This document shows positions 1 to 13,321 of a stretch of DNA of 64,000 nt, piece after piece. This stretch comes from Octopus vulgaris. Taxonomy: Eukaryota. Position numbers and translations under genes: made by a program. Each line of letters opens with the position of its first letter. Position 1 is the stretch's first letter. Under the pieces are notes generated by a model, which saw only the letters and a program-made list of their open reading frames with translations, was not told the DNA's origin and did no database searches. Location of the stretch: assembly GCA_951406725.2 (NCBI GenBank), contig OX597818.1, positions 143,778,001 to 143,842,000 on the forward strand. The letters run 5' to 3'.

Positions 1-1445
1 AGCAACATTCTTTGTCTGATAACCTTAAATATATGCTCAAAGAAGTCGCACCACCCTACCGCAACGTATCATCGGATAAAAGGATGAGCATATATAAACA
101 TACATGGACATGTTAGTAGAAAGCACAGAGATGATAGTAACATAGATCACCAAAGAAGTCTATCATGGAGCAACAACTGGATTACCACCTCCCACTTCGT
201 TTACAGTCCTGGAAAAGGAAATATCAACCAAATACCAGATGCGCAAAAGGAACAGAGATACCGGAAAAGTAATGAAACGTGACAGGTGATGCAGACTTTG
301 TCGAGTTAAGACCGCAGATATCACCCACATAATAAACAGTTGTCCAAAAATGTCATCTTGGTATTATCTACCGATAAGACATAATGTTGTAGCAAAGACA
401 GTGTATAACGAGATCTGCCGAAAGGATAACCCCGAGGAGAAAGAAGTAAGAACCACAATATGGTGGAAACCATAGCCATAATAAAAAGATGTACTGGTGG
501 AATGACCCAGCGAAAACCTCAATAAAATGTAAACACAATAGACCTGATATAATGATTTAGGATGGAGAAGAGAAACCGTGAAACTGTACACAGTTGTAGA
601 AATCCGCTGCCCTGCGGATTTTAACATAAGGCTGAAGATCAGTGAAAAAGAGAATACCTACGCAGAACTATTGAGAAATCTACAGTTACTCAATCCAGAC
701 AACATGTTCAAGTTTATACTTGTAATTATTGGAGCACTGGGATGTGTAACACAGTGCCTAAATACCAATCTTAAGAAATTAGACTTCTCAAAACAAGACA
801 GGAGAAAACTGATTCGAAAACTACAGATCCAATCCATCACCGGAACTGTAATAATCTGTAAAACTTTCCAGAAGTTTATCATGAACATGCTAGATATACA
901 AGTATATGCATAAGAAGACATACATAAGACAAAACATACAAATCTGCACGTATACATACATACATACCGTTCGTAAATAAATACATACATGCGTACGTAC
1001 ATACATACCTATATACGTACGTACATATGTATGTACTTACATAAATAAAGCATACATACGTAATACATGCATGCATGCATACATACGTACATAGATACAT
1101 GATTACATACATATATACATACGTACGTACATACAAAGATGCATACATGCACACATACATATATACATGCATACATACATAAATACATTCATCTCTGCAT
1201 GCGTACACACACACATACATACATACAGACAGACAGACAGACAGACATAAATACATGCATACATACATACATACATACATACATACATACATACATACAT
1301 ACATACATACATACATACATACGTACATACATACCCTGTTGTTGATGTTGAAATACCAATGAAGGAGCCTTGGGTCTAGATTATAAACTGGTTCTTTGTC
1401 TATTGGTAAGAAATCTTGAAATACACTGAATAATGATATACATAC
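1..1445 (+). mobile_element. Decayed RLE-type (R4/Dong-like) non-LTR retrotransposon, 3' end with (CATA)n-containing tail
   Basis: Translation from ~290 gives CRLCRVKTADITHIINSCPK...RHNVVAKTVYNEI (CCHC knuckle), then KHNRPDIMI*D...VVEIRCPADFNI...KISEKENTYAEL...IIGALG (PD-(D/E)xK restriction-like endonuclease), with stops and frameshifts. This is followed by a (CATA)n tract and a short unique tail ending in CATAC at ~1445. Confidence 0.85.
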
Positions 1446-1979
1446 TGAAAAGAAGAAAGAGAAGGAAAAGAGACAAACAGGCAGAAGAGGAAGTAAATAT
1501 TTTTGTTCCAATGTTGTAAAAAATCATTTCTTTTAAAAAGAAGAAAATTCTAATTTTGAGAAATGCTAGCTTTATAAGTTAACTTACACGATTGTGTTGA
1601 AAATGTGTGTTCATCAGAGTTCATACATTCATACATACTGTGTGAGAGAGAGAGAGAGACGGAGACAGAAAGACAATATATTGCCCCTATTCGTGTATAT
1701 GCACTGGTGTGTCCGTGTATACGCGTGCCTCAGTACACACACAGAGAAAGACAGACAGATAAAGTGAGAAACGAAGAGAGAGAGAGCAAGCTTATACTGT
1801 TGTTCACTCGGTTTTACACAATCGCCTGGCACTTTCGGTGCCTTTAGTGGTTTCCACTCAACAGCAAATATTCCAGCCCAGCTCTCCTGTTTGACGATAC
1901 TTTCCTTCCTCTTTCTTACACTTTCGAAGGACTTGTTAAATGTCATAGACACTGCCTTCTCCCTTGATTCAAAAGTAAA

Positions 1980-2016
<37 letters not shown>

Positions 2017-2298
2017 TGCATGTGTGTCTGCGTGTATATGCGTGTGCCTTAATGTATACAGAGAAAGAAAGAGAAAGGAGCAGACAGAATAAAGATTCAA
2101 ATTATTGTTCCAATCTTGTAATAAGACTCTTCTTTTAAAAGCAGAAACTTCTTATTTTTCAGAGTGGAAGCATCATGTCTTTAACGATAGTGTTGAGAAA
2201 TATGCGCGTGTGTGAGTGCACGCATATATCCTTACATGCAGAGGGAGAGAGGAGTGTGTTGCTACAGATAGACAAAATTCACAATCATTATAATTATT

Positions 2299-2612
2299 CG
2301 GCAGCATAGCCGAATGGTGAAGAAATTTGCTATGCAACCATTAGGTATCTTGAGAAGTATAACTTTTCATAGCCTTAGAGCGATCTTCCTGGCAGGTGAA
2401 ACTGGTTCGACGGAAACCGTGGATTGTACAAGTAATTCAAAAACGATACAGCCTTGACATACACTATGTCACGCTGATCATGCTCGAGAATCACGTAAAA
2501 CACAACGTATCTGTAGAATGTTCAGCTATTTATACATTAATTTTGGAACAGGTAATTCACTTAATCAAACAGGTGAACCCTCATCGCCGAACGACGGATA
2601 TTCACCACCACC
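2299..2612 (+). mobile_element. Old tRNA-derived SINE (CORE-like head plus family-A tail)
   Basis: 2299-2420 resembles the reverse complement of the head/core of the 51629-52024 SINE. 2450-2605 resembles the 3' half of the 10556-10950 SINE (gccttgacat...tgtcacgctga...gaaccctcatcgccgaacgacgga). Confidence 0.6.
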
Positions 2613-3594
2613 ATCATATGTACTCACATACATATACATATCTCTGTTCGTATGAGTTTCTTGAAGCTTGGTTATATATGCAACTTTAGCAGTCCTAGAA
2701 AAAGTATTACAATATTTACCACGATTAGATTCTATTCGATCCGTAACTTTCTCTCATGAATCGCATTTACAATAATATCACCATAGTGACTATTTATTCC
2801 TTCATCTTCAATACATGTCTTACATCACACCAACATACATACACAGATACATAGACAGAGAGTCATATCCACATCATCAAGACTATTTACATCATTTTAA
2901 CAATCACTAATGACAGCTAGAATTGAAATCATCATGACACTGACATCCGTCGCAAATAAAAAAAACACTTATTACTTCATAGTCATCTTCATCACTACTA
3001 AAAATATTAAACAAGACTTCAGCAATAACATGACCACAATAACAGTTGGATAAAATCAATAAATTACTAAAGCATGAACGTTTACAAAGCAGGATTGAGA
3101 TTGCAACGCGACTCGGTCATACGTCGCATAAGTAATTCCACTCATAATGATTTCTTCTGAATGGCCACAAGGATAGTTGTACTCATTCAGAAGTTAATAT
3201 TGTTGATTGAACAAATCTGTATCTTACAATCATTTATTTTATCAACTTGTAGTAGGATTTGAACTCTAAAATAATAACCAATGATGTAAAGGCTATTGAT
3301 AGGTGATCTACAATTTGCTGTATGCGTTACTTCAACGCCCCAGCTGCAGGGTTAAGCCCTTTAGGCTGAAAATGAGGCATTTCATAATCAGAATATGCTT
3401 AGTTCATTAAATAGGATATATTAACGGACTGGGATTTACTTATTTATCGACATTGACAAAGATTTACATTCAGAAACGAAACGCCAGTTATTTCCTTCGA
3501 AGTAAGTTCCAAAACTAGTTAGAATCAAAATTACAATCGTAACATCTACTAAAAAAGATAACAAATATACTGCTGCAAACAACTGCAAGATTAG

Positions 3595-3770
3595 AGAACC
3601 AAAGTGGAAGACTCTACATGACCCAGATATCCATCAAATTACGCCGTCTTCAAAGGAAATGCACACATTGAATAATGTAATCCTAGATATTCAATGTATT
3701 TAGAGAAAGATGAGATAGTTGTAAGGTCTATCTTCAGTTAGAGTTGACTTGAGGCAAAACATCACCAAAA
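3595..3770 (+). repeat. Unclassified dispersed repeat (family C), degenerate copy
   Basis: Similar by eye to the copies at 7225-7350 and 13095-13292 and to the reverse complement of 15190-15420 (cacattgaataatgtaatcct...gttgacttgaggcaaaaca). Confidence 0.45.
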
Positions 3771-5411
3771 ACAATATCAAGATTTGTGACTTCACATATT
3801 CTATGGCAATATATCCAACTGAAATAGATCGACAAATAAAAAAAAAACATTGTAATTTAATCATGAACACTTGTTGAGTATGATTAGGGAGATAATCTAT
3901 TCGCAATACAGTGCTTAACTTGAATTACATTGAGATAAAACTTAAAGAAGATTAACCTCACATTGTTTTAAATCTGAAGTTGACTTCATAAGTTTTCGAG
4001 CTTTTATGGGTTTTTTTTTTCATTTCTTCTTTTTTATTTTTTGTTCATTCCATAATCTGCAGGTCAGAGATATAATATTACAAGGTCACGATCGAATCTA
4101 CAAGTGTCAGGTTAATACAGAATCTACAAGTTGTAAAGCCGGTGGTCGATATAAATGTTACAGGTTGCAGATTACAACAGGTTTTTCATTTTCTTTCCTG
4201 TTTGTTTTTATATAGGTCTGACCACCAGAATACTTTCCTGGCAAATTTCTCAACAAAAGATTTTAAACCTTAATCCAGCATTGAGATGTCTTTAATTGTC
4301 TCGTCTACTCATTCAAATTCTGTGGGTAAAAATGAATCCCACACAAACTACTCAAGAATTTTAGACAAATAGATTTTTGATAGCTGCATTATTTCTTCTT
4401 TTAATTCCTCCATTAGATGTCCATGTTCTGAATTTCGAACTTTCTTTATCATTTAAACCTGAAATTATGTTTCAGCACGTGTATTTTCAACCTTTAATAA
4501 TGTGGTAATGAATAGTCACGTTCAGCTCATTCTTAATTTCTAACTTCACACTTTTTTCAAATTACTTAGTTGTAAGAAAAGAAGTAGTGAATATAGATCA
4601 GGCAGTCCATCCGATGGATGCAATAGTCAATACAGTTGATGTTCAGCATGAATATCTAAAAGCCAGTGTTCGTAAGGAAGCGTGGAAAGGGTGTTGCCGA
4701 TGTTACAAATCTGAGAAGGAAAGAATCTATGTCGTTTAGAAGCTAAATCACGGTAGTTATAAGAGGAGAGAAGATAGAAGAATTTAGTGACTTTGAGTGT
4801 TAAACAGTCGTGGTATCGGCGCACTTTTAGGTATGTAGTCATATCTGCCTCATGCGTTGTAATTACATAGGAGAGTAAGTTTATCTTGGTTTAACTCAGA
4901 CCGTGACTTTCTCAAAGTCTTTTTGTTTTTTGATTTTTGCGAGCGTAAGCACTTATGATGGCGGAGTCTGCTAGTAAATAGATAAAATGGAGCGATGGAG
5001 CTAGTATAAGAAGTGGAAGCATCTTACAGAGAATTTTGTTTTCATCCGCTTCCAATTCCAGGACCAAATTCTACTTTGGATTTAACTAAATACACAAATT
5101 GAAAACTAAATCACGAAAATATTTTAAAAGAAAAATATTTTAAAAGAATTTTGTAAAAACACCATTTTATGTTCATTTTTTATTATAGCGTATGATGCAT
5201 TACTGTCCAAGTCAGTTTTGTGTTACCTATGAAGTAAAAAAGCCAACTATTTGGCTGGTACTATGGAAATATAAGAATTTGTCAGCCAATACTTTTGACA
5301 TTCTTTGGGAAAAAATCATTGGTGTCACAATTCTTGCTATACACTTTACAGCATGTATGCCATGTAAATGTCTCCAAAAGAAAAAAGAAATACACATTCG
5401 AAGCAATATTC

Positions 5412-6128
<717 letters not shown>

Positions 6129-7116
6129 CCTACCTCTTCCGCCTTTTTTTTTTTGTATATATTTTTTACAACAGAAATTAAGATAAGCTTTGCGATCCCG
6201 ATTCTGATGACACTGACGTTAATATTGTCTATCAGTCGGGTCACAGTGACACACAAGCAGTATCAACCATATCGATCGCGTCCTAAAATGATCATCTTTT
6301 GATCTCCATCACATATCCACATGCCCGTGTTATGTCAACGTTTATCATTTATTCAGCACTTTTCGCCCACTCTCCACTCTCCACTCTCAACAACTCTCCG
6401 TATACTTCCTCATAATACCTATAAAATCATGCTTGATAATTAAATCGACGTTGTTTGCGCTTCATTTCATCTTCTGAACACTTATAATTTACTTTTGTGT
6501 TTGTTTTTGTGCGCACATATTTCAATGTTTTCGTCTTCATGTGATTATGAGAGCGTGCACCGAATTAGGACGTTTAAATGCAAGCATATATATATATATA
6601 TATTGATATGGCTATACATCACAAGCGTGCCACGTGAGTGGGTGTCCATGTCCAAATTTATGTTCGTGTATGCAAGTGTGTGTATTTATGCTTATCAATA
6701 TGTTTGTGCATATATGTGTTTATGTTCGAATATCCATTTCTGTGCGTTTATTTGCATGCGTTGTCTGCTTTTTGTAATTAGTTATCATCTTTTCTGTCCT
6801 CTAATCTGAACTTCCAATCCCTCTCAGTCGTTTCTATCATCCACCACATGTCCTCGGAGCAGACAGACTTTTACTGGTTAATCATTTTGAACAGACTGGC
6901 AGGTTTTTCTCAGATTTTCAAACGAGTCAGAAATTACCTCGATAATAATGATTAGTTGACAGTTATCCTGCTTGTCATATTATTGTTAGTAGAAACTTTA
7001 AATGATATCGGAAGATAATGAAATGTATTGGAAGATTTGCTGATAACAAACCTGCAACTCAAATTCCATTGATATTATTGATGCTGTTTAATTGGATATT
7101 TATGCCTAACTTTATA

Positions 7117-7147
<31 letters not shown>

Positions 7148-7224
7148 TATACACATATATATTTTCTACAAAAGCAGACTTTTTAAAGTACTACACGATA
7201 CACACTCGATTCAACATAAGATAT

Positions 7225-7350
7225 TCTACTTGGTCACTCGACCTACTAGAAAGGACAGCCAGATCTCTTCCAAACCACACAATGCTCTACAAAGTAAGAA
7301 ACATACATTAGGTGCTATATCTGATAAACAAACTCGAGATGGTCACGGCT
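7225..7350 (+). repeat. Unclassified dispersed repeat (family C)
   Basis: ggtcactcgacctactagaaaggacagccagatctcttccaaaccacac is close to the reverse complement of 60808-60855 (gtgtgatttgaaatttggttaatatttctagtaggtcactcgatcac). Confidence 0.55.
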
Positions 7351-7651
7351 ACTACACTTTAGTCATAGGACTGCTGGATCACAGTTCACATGCGATCTAA
7401 TCAACAGCAACTTGAGACACTTAAAGTGGTGTTTACAATACAGACGGTTAAAGCCTGAATTTGCTGAAGAATGTGGGAAATGCTTCATGCAGAATTTCGG
7501 TTTTAATTGTCGGTAAACAGATATCTCATGATTTATAAATCTCATCGAAAAAATAAAAGAATTTCAAATTGATGTACATAGTTAATGGATTTTGCGGCTG
7601 CTGTTACTTAGCTTCAGGTCAAACATGATCGAACAGTACATACACACATAT

Positions 7652-7702
<51 letters not shown>

Positions 7703-7825
7703 CTGACACACATGCAAATACAAAAATGTAAAGTTCATAAAACTATAAATAGACATATATATATATATATACATGTGTGTGTGTGAGAGAGAGAGAGTGT
7801 ATATATATATATATATATACCATCG

Positions 7826-8078
7826 TGGCACTCCGTCGGTTACGACGACGAGGGTTCCAGTTGATCCAATCAACGGAACAACCTGCTTGTGAAATTAACG
7901 TGTAAGTGACTGAGCACTCCACAGACATCTGTACCCTTATTGTAATTCTCGAGGAGATCCAGCGTGAAACAGAGGGTGACAAAGCTGGCACTTATACAGG
8001 TACAACAGAAACAGGAAGAGAGAGAGAAAGTTGTGGTGAAAGAGTACAGTAGGGTTCACTACCACCTCCTGCCGGAGC
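7826..8078 (-). mobile_element. 5'-truncated tRNA-SINE (family A)
   Basis: The reverse complement aligns by eye to 10673-10934 (ggcactccgtcggttacgacgacgagggttccagttgatcc...aaagttgtggtgaaagagtacag...ctgccggagc). Confidence 0.85.
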
Positions 8079-8181
8079 TACATATCATAAAGCCAATATC
8101 ATCATCAGAGATATCCAGGCTACAGTGGAGAAGCAAGCCACTGGATTTGATTAAAAAGGGACGATGAGGAATGGTCAGAAA

Positions 8182-8336
8182 ATTGAGTGTAGTCTAATAG
8201 CCACTTGAACTAGCAAGTTGAGAGGAATGCCTCGAAGCAGCATGCATGCCCTCCTGATGCCCCCCTAAGTCTGCTAGTGTTCAGTATGCAGAGCTTTGAT
8301 GTGGTAGCACTTGCATCTGCAAGTTCTTTTGGACAC
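8182..8336 (+). repeat. Structured dispersed repeat, copy 1 (internally deleted; related to 14702-14895)
   Basis: Shares attgagt...ctagcaag, gagagg...gaa.c.gc, ctcctgatg.cccc...tgctag and gagcttt...ggtagcacttgcat.tgcaagtt with 14702-14895. Confidence 0.7.
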
Positions 8337-8337
8337 A

Positions 8338-8377
<40 letters not shown>

Positions 8378-9149
8378 ACAGGATAAAGGGTAGATATAAG
8401 AGGAATCCAGGTAAGGAAGCCGTATTTATCCATTGCTTATTCATGTCCATTACTGGTTGATAAACTACAGCTGACAACATTATGAAGTAAATCTGATCCC
8501 CCAGAAACAGTTGTCGGATTTGTAACACTATAGCTTCTCCCCATTAATTTTCTGTGTCTTTGTACTCTGAGTAAGTTTGCTCTGTTAATATATAAATGTC
8601 AATATACATCGTCTCAAAATTTTTGAAGCCTGGTACTTATTCTATCGGGTACTGTGTGTGTGTGTGTGTGTGTATGTGCGTGCGCGTGTGTGAGTATACT
8701 AGCAAAGTTGTGTCGTCAATAATGCTGTCAGTTTTATTAATGGTAGTAAATGACACACCAAAATACCGGGAGAGACAAATTGCTAAATATCAGCAATACA
8801 GTAAATATATGCACAAATACAGAACTGAAGCACTTGAACAATCAGAAACGGTTGTAACGTCTCGGTTGAAAATATGATTGTCCCTGACCTATTTTCATTT
8901 AATATTTAACCAAGTCCAGACATGTTTACACGGACGATTGAAAAAAAGAACACCTCTTGCACGACAGTAGTGCGTACTTACTACTATTGTCCAATAGCAA
9001 GACAAGGAGATAGGAAAAACAAATACATACACATACATATAAAAATAAAAATTGATGGGAAAGTATACATACATACCGACTGTTACTCATTACATTTATT
9101 TCTGTTCGAGAAATTTATTTTAAAACAAATGATATTCAGGGACCTGCTG

Positions 9150-11300
9150 GAGTTAGCAGCATCATACATACACATATGTACGTACGTATATTGTTGCAGC
9201 AAACTTTCCCGAATTTACCAAAAAGCACCAACAAAGCTGATTTGATGGAAACGATGCCACTTTCACAACATTCGTCAACTAGAAAAGATAAATTCGACTT
9301 AATTCAAACAAGAAACCGCATTCGATTGCCAAAAAAGATAGAAGACAAACTATCAAATCCAATGTTCAAACCAGAAGCAGCAACATCGAAAATGGTTGGT
9401 GGATTTCTAAAGAAGCAGAGATATAATGTCATTCTTATTATTATACCACCATTGACTGATTGCATAATTTCCCTTTCATCTTGAGCTTCATTGTCCTCCA
9501 GCTCACATTGAAACCCCTAATAATAAAATAAAGAATAACAAATCTTCAGGGCTAGACAACATTACTGCTGAAAATTTCAGGAAAGGTAGACAATTACTGA
9601 TTATCTGAACACATCTGGGAGAGACATCAAAGATTCCCTGATCGTGACAACTTTCAAGAAATGTAATTGAGCGGCCTTTGACAAGTATAGCAGAATTTGG
9701 CTTCTTTCGATTGCTGGAAAAAATCTAGGCAGAATCATATTGGAATGTTTCTTGCTAATAACCTGCCAATATGTATTCCATTGGTCATAAAATAGATTTT
9801 GTCCTGGAAGTGATACGCTGCACATGATTTTTGTCATCCGTAAATTGCAAGAAAAATCCAGAGCATAACAGAACACCACGCCTTTAGTTCTACGACTTGC
9901 CCATATTTTTTGACAGCATATACCGTACGGCACCGTGGAAAAAACTTCAGAAACGTGACACTCCATCAGAATTCTTTGCCGTCACCCATTCTCTTCAGGA
10001 CAGTATGGAGAGTTCAGTGCTATCAAAGGAATTAGTATTATCATCATTTAGGGTCAAAACTGATTTGAAGTAAGCTGACGTTCATGCACTATTCTTTTTC
10101 TCACTATACCTGTGTTAATCATATAGTTGCTGTTAATGAAAACGTGATTTCTTCATCGGTAGAACTAAGAACCAGCAACGAAGCAGGTGTCTTTAATCGA
10201 AACCGCTTATTGTCAAAGATTAATACATCAACCAACACCATTTCAGAAATACGTTATGAGGCCAGCAGGGCTGTATCCATTCATAACCAGATCCATATCC
10301 AACAAATAAGTAATTCTTCGGTTTCAGCATATGACGTTACAGACAAACAGTTAACAACAAGACTCACAACCGGCACCAGCTTTCTCCAAAGTTCGTTCAT
10401 AAAAACATTGAAATGATCATCAATAACAATCCGATGGAACGGGTCTCCTGCTTTCCTTACCTTGGTTCCAACTATCTTCAAATGCAACCATAGGCAATGA
10501 GATCAACAACAGGATATGTGAATATGTGCGTATGGAAAACTTTATTAGTCTTATGTGGAGGCGCAATGGCCCAGTAGTTAGGGCAGCGGACTCGCGCTCA
10601 TAGGATCGCGGTTTCGATTCCCGGACCGGGCGTTGTGAGTGTTTATTGAGCGAAAACACCTAAAGCTCCACGAGGCTCCGGCAGAGATGGTGGTGATCCC
10701 TGCTGTACTCTTTCACCACAACTTTCTCTCACTCTTACTTCCTGTTTCTGTTGTACCTGTATTTCAAGGGGCCGGCCTTGTCACTCTCTGTGTCACGCTG
10801 AATATCCCCGAGAACTGCGTTAAGGGTGCACGTGTCTGTGGAGTGCTCAGCCACTTACACGTTAATTTCACGAGCAGGCTGTTCCGTTGATTCGGATCAA
10901 CCGGAACCCTCATCGTCGTAACCGACGGAGTGCTACCATCCACTCCACTCTATTAGTCTTATGAACTACAGACTCGAAACAAGTTCCAAGCTGTCCGTAA
11001 CAGATCAGTAGTTATTCTTTTGAGACAAGAACTCTTTAATGACAACACATCAAACGGCTTGAATCAATCAAATCTATGCTCACTTGATGGTATTAACTGG
11101 AAACAAAAGAATACCAAGACCTATACCTCAGGACAAGCATAAAAGATCGAGACGAGGAACATCAGTCATCAGCTACTCAGGTTTAGCTATGTTCAAAAGA
11201 TGTACAATGAACGGCTATTGAAGATCTCAGGCTTGGAGATGTTTTGAAGCAGCAAAAGTTTTAAACGAATCTGGATCTTCACAGTCACACTTAAAGCCGA
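9150..11300 (+). mobile_element. Heavily decayed RTE-clade LINE (reverse transcriptase remnant)
   Basis: Broken frames give KNNKSSGLDNITAENFRKG (~9532), IVTTFKKCN*AAFDKYSRIWLLSIAGKNLGRII (~9641), PGSDTLHMIFVIRKLQEKSR (~9802), LRTSNEAGVFNRNRLLSK (~10165) and GINWKQK (~11089). These resemble RTE RT-region motifs in the expected order. Boundaries are approximate. Confidence 0.8.
10556..10950 (+). mobile_element. Full-length tRNA-derived SINE (family A) with 13-bp target-site duplication, nested in the RTE remnant
   Basis: tRNA-like head with A-box TGGCCCAGTAGTTAGG and B-box GGTTTCGATTCCC, and a short CCACT-type tail. Perfect TSD TATTAGTCTTATG at 10543-10555 and 10951-10963. Confidence 0.92.
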
Positions 11301-12050
11301 TGTTCGAAGGCGAAATATAAGTAATTGAAGTGAATAGGTTAAATTTATCGGATCGAGAAACTAAACAATGATATGCATACGTATACGTAATATACGTAAT
11401 GTATGTATGTATGTATGTATGTATGTATGTATGTATGTATGTATGTATGTATGTATGTATGTATGTATGTATGTATAGTAAAACATATCAATAGACGAAG
11501 CACTTAGTTTTTAAGAAATGCTTCACAATATTTTTTTAGTTAATTTTATTTGGCTACATATGATCGAATACATGCGTCAGAATGAATCTATCCGCGTGTA
11601 TCTATGATTTGGTTATGTATATGTGTATGTAAAAGGTTGTATGTGTGTATAGAATGTATGCACGTGTATGTGTATTTGTTAAAATGTGTCTGAAAGCCTG
11701 TGATCAGTTCTGTACCATGATACATGTACACGGAAAATCTTTTTTGACGACTTTCTTCTTGCTGAACCTGTTGAGTGACTGGATAATAACAAGTCAAAAG
11801 TACTTAGAGGGCTTTAAACGCTGTTAATGATTGTCTTGTTAATAAAAAAATCGGATTACAGAAAATGCTTGTATTTAAAAAAAAATTAAGCATTTGGCTG
11901 AAAGCAATGTCAACATAACTGAACAAATCATTTTACGACTGCGTGAACAGAGACAGAATAATTGCATTCATTTCTCAATCCTTTTTATGATGCAATCAAG
12001 TAGTCATGGATACTTATACAAAGCTCACTCAAGTGTGTGCTGCGTGTATG

Positions 12051-12106
<56 letters not shown>

Positions 12107-12199
12107 TGTGTGTGTGTGTATTACTGTCAGATTATTTTTAAGTACTTGACCTTCGTTCATTATTGTACATGATAGCACAGAATTATGAATGGCATCATT

Positions 12200-12906
12200 T
12201 GTCACCTAACCAATACATTTATTTATATGAATTTCGTATTCGGCTCTCAAATCAATGATAAAAAAGTGAACTTTTTCCCTTCAATAGTTTCCAACATACC
12301 AGAACTAGCACTCAGACAATCACTCGAGCCAACAGGACAAAATCTATGGTACCTAATATTTCAGTGCTCGGATATATATTGCAACTGAGAAATAGTGGAA
12401 GTGATGCATAGCAGCGATTATTTGTCTCGACAGTGTAGAGGCATAATAATATACAAGGCATTTGAGATATTTTTAAAACCGTGAAGTGTAATTTCAAAAA
12501 CTTCGTCAGCGTTACCTTCAACTGTAAAATATGAAGAGGGTACTTTGTATTATAATTAGTCAAACATACCGCATTGTTTAACTATCAATTTCTATCAGAA
12601 CATTAAATCCCGTATTTCTGCATGCGCTATACTCTCTAGATTTTTTACCTTGTGACTTGTTTTTATTCACATGAATTAAGCGGACATTTAAAGGTCATCG
12701 CTCTACTGACATTTAAGGTAGACATCAAGTAACTCTGAGAGAACAACTGTGCAGCATTCCATAGCCACCTCAGCAACTTTATGAAACACTGGCAACGTTA
12801 CAATCGAGAAGAAAACTAGAAGTGCTCAATTAGCAATACTGTCTAAACAGATTACATCACTCTCCGAAAAATAGGAATTGTTGAATTTCTTCGACGCACA
12901 CTTACT
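12200..12906 (+). mobile_element. Old mariner-like transposase remnant
   Basis: ~12621-12705 translates to HALYSLDFLPCDLFLFT*IKRTFKGHR, resembling the mariner HPPYSPDLAPCDFFLFPxLKxxLKGRRF motif. Boundaries are uncertain. Confidence 0.55.
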
Positions 12907-13094
12907 AATCCTTGGGATATAAAATTGATATTTTTGGAATGGCTTTACTTACTAACCTCCAGGAAAAGCACGAACATCCTCATTTCTTGTTTCTTTCTCT
13001 GTTATTTATATATTCACGACTACTTATCGTTAATACTTTATACTGCCATAAATTAATGGAATTTTCTTATTAACTTCAAACTCCGTAACTCACA

Positions 13095-13292
13095 ATGGGA
13101 TGTGTGCAAAGTCGCTCGATCAATTGGAATTAGTAGCTATATTTCCCTCAAATTACTCCTTACCATCTTAAAATGGACACAGTGTGTAATGTGAAAATGG
13201 TGCACCATAAATGAAAAATAAAAATAAAAAGATACAAACGCTGGAATGCATTTTGATTGATCAGAGCCAAACTGGGGGAAAAAAACAACAGC
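13095..13292 (+). repeat. Unclassified dispersed repeat (family C)
   Basis: gtcgctcgatcaattggaattagtagctatatttccctcaaatta...gctggaatgcattttgat...ctgggggaaaaaaacaacagcaa is inverted relative to 15190-15420. Confidence 0.55.
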
Positions 13293-13321
13293 AATATATA
13301 CACAGATTTAAATCCTTGTTA

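Noticed and set aside
1828-1846. GGCAC-TTTCG-GTGCC-TTT terminator-like hairpin
   Set aside because: A 5-bp stem in eukaryotic DNA is expected by chance.
3153-3193. Hairpin CTTCTGAATG...CATTCAGAAG
   Set aside because: Only ~40 nt, too short for a pre-miRNA, with no other support.
4627-4842. Possible LINE RT 3' remnant (HRFFPSQI...NTL)
   Set aside because: Similarity is too weak to call without a search.
10556-10630. Possible tRNA gene
   Set aside because: It continues into a SINE body with a TSD and has a second partial copy in the window, so it is a SINE head.
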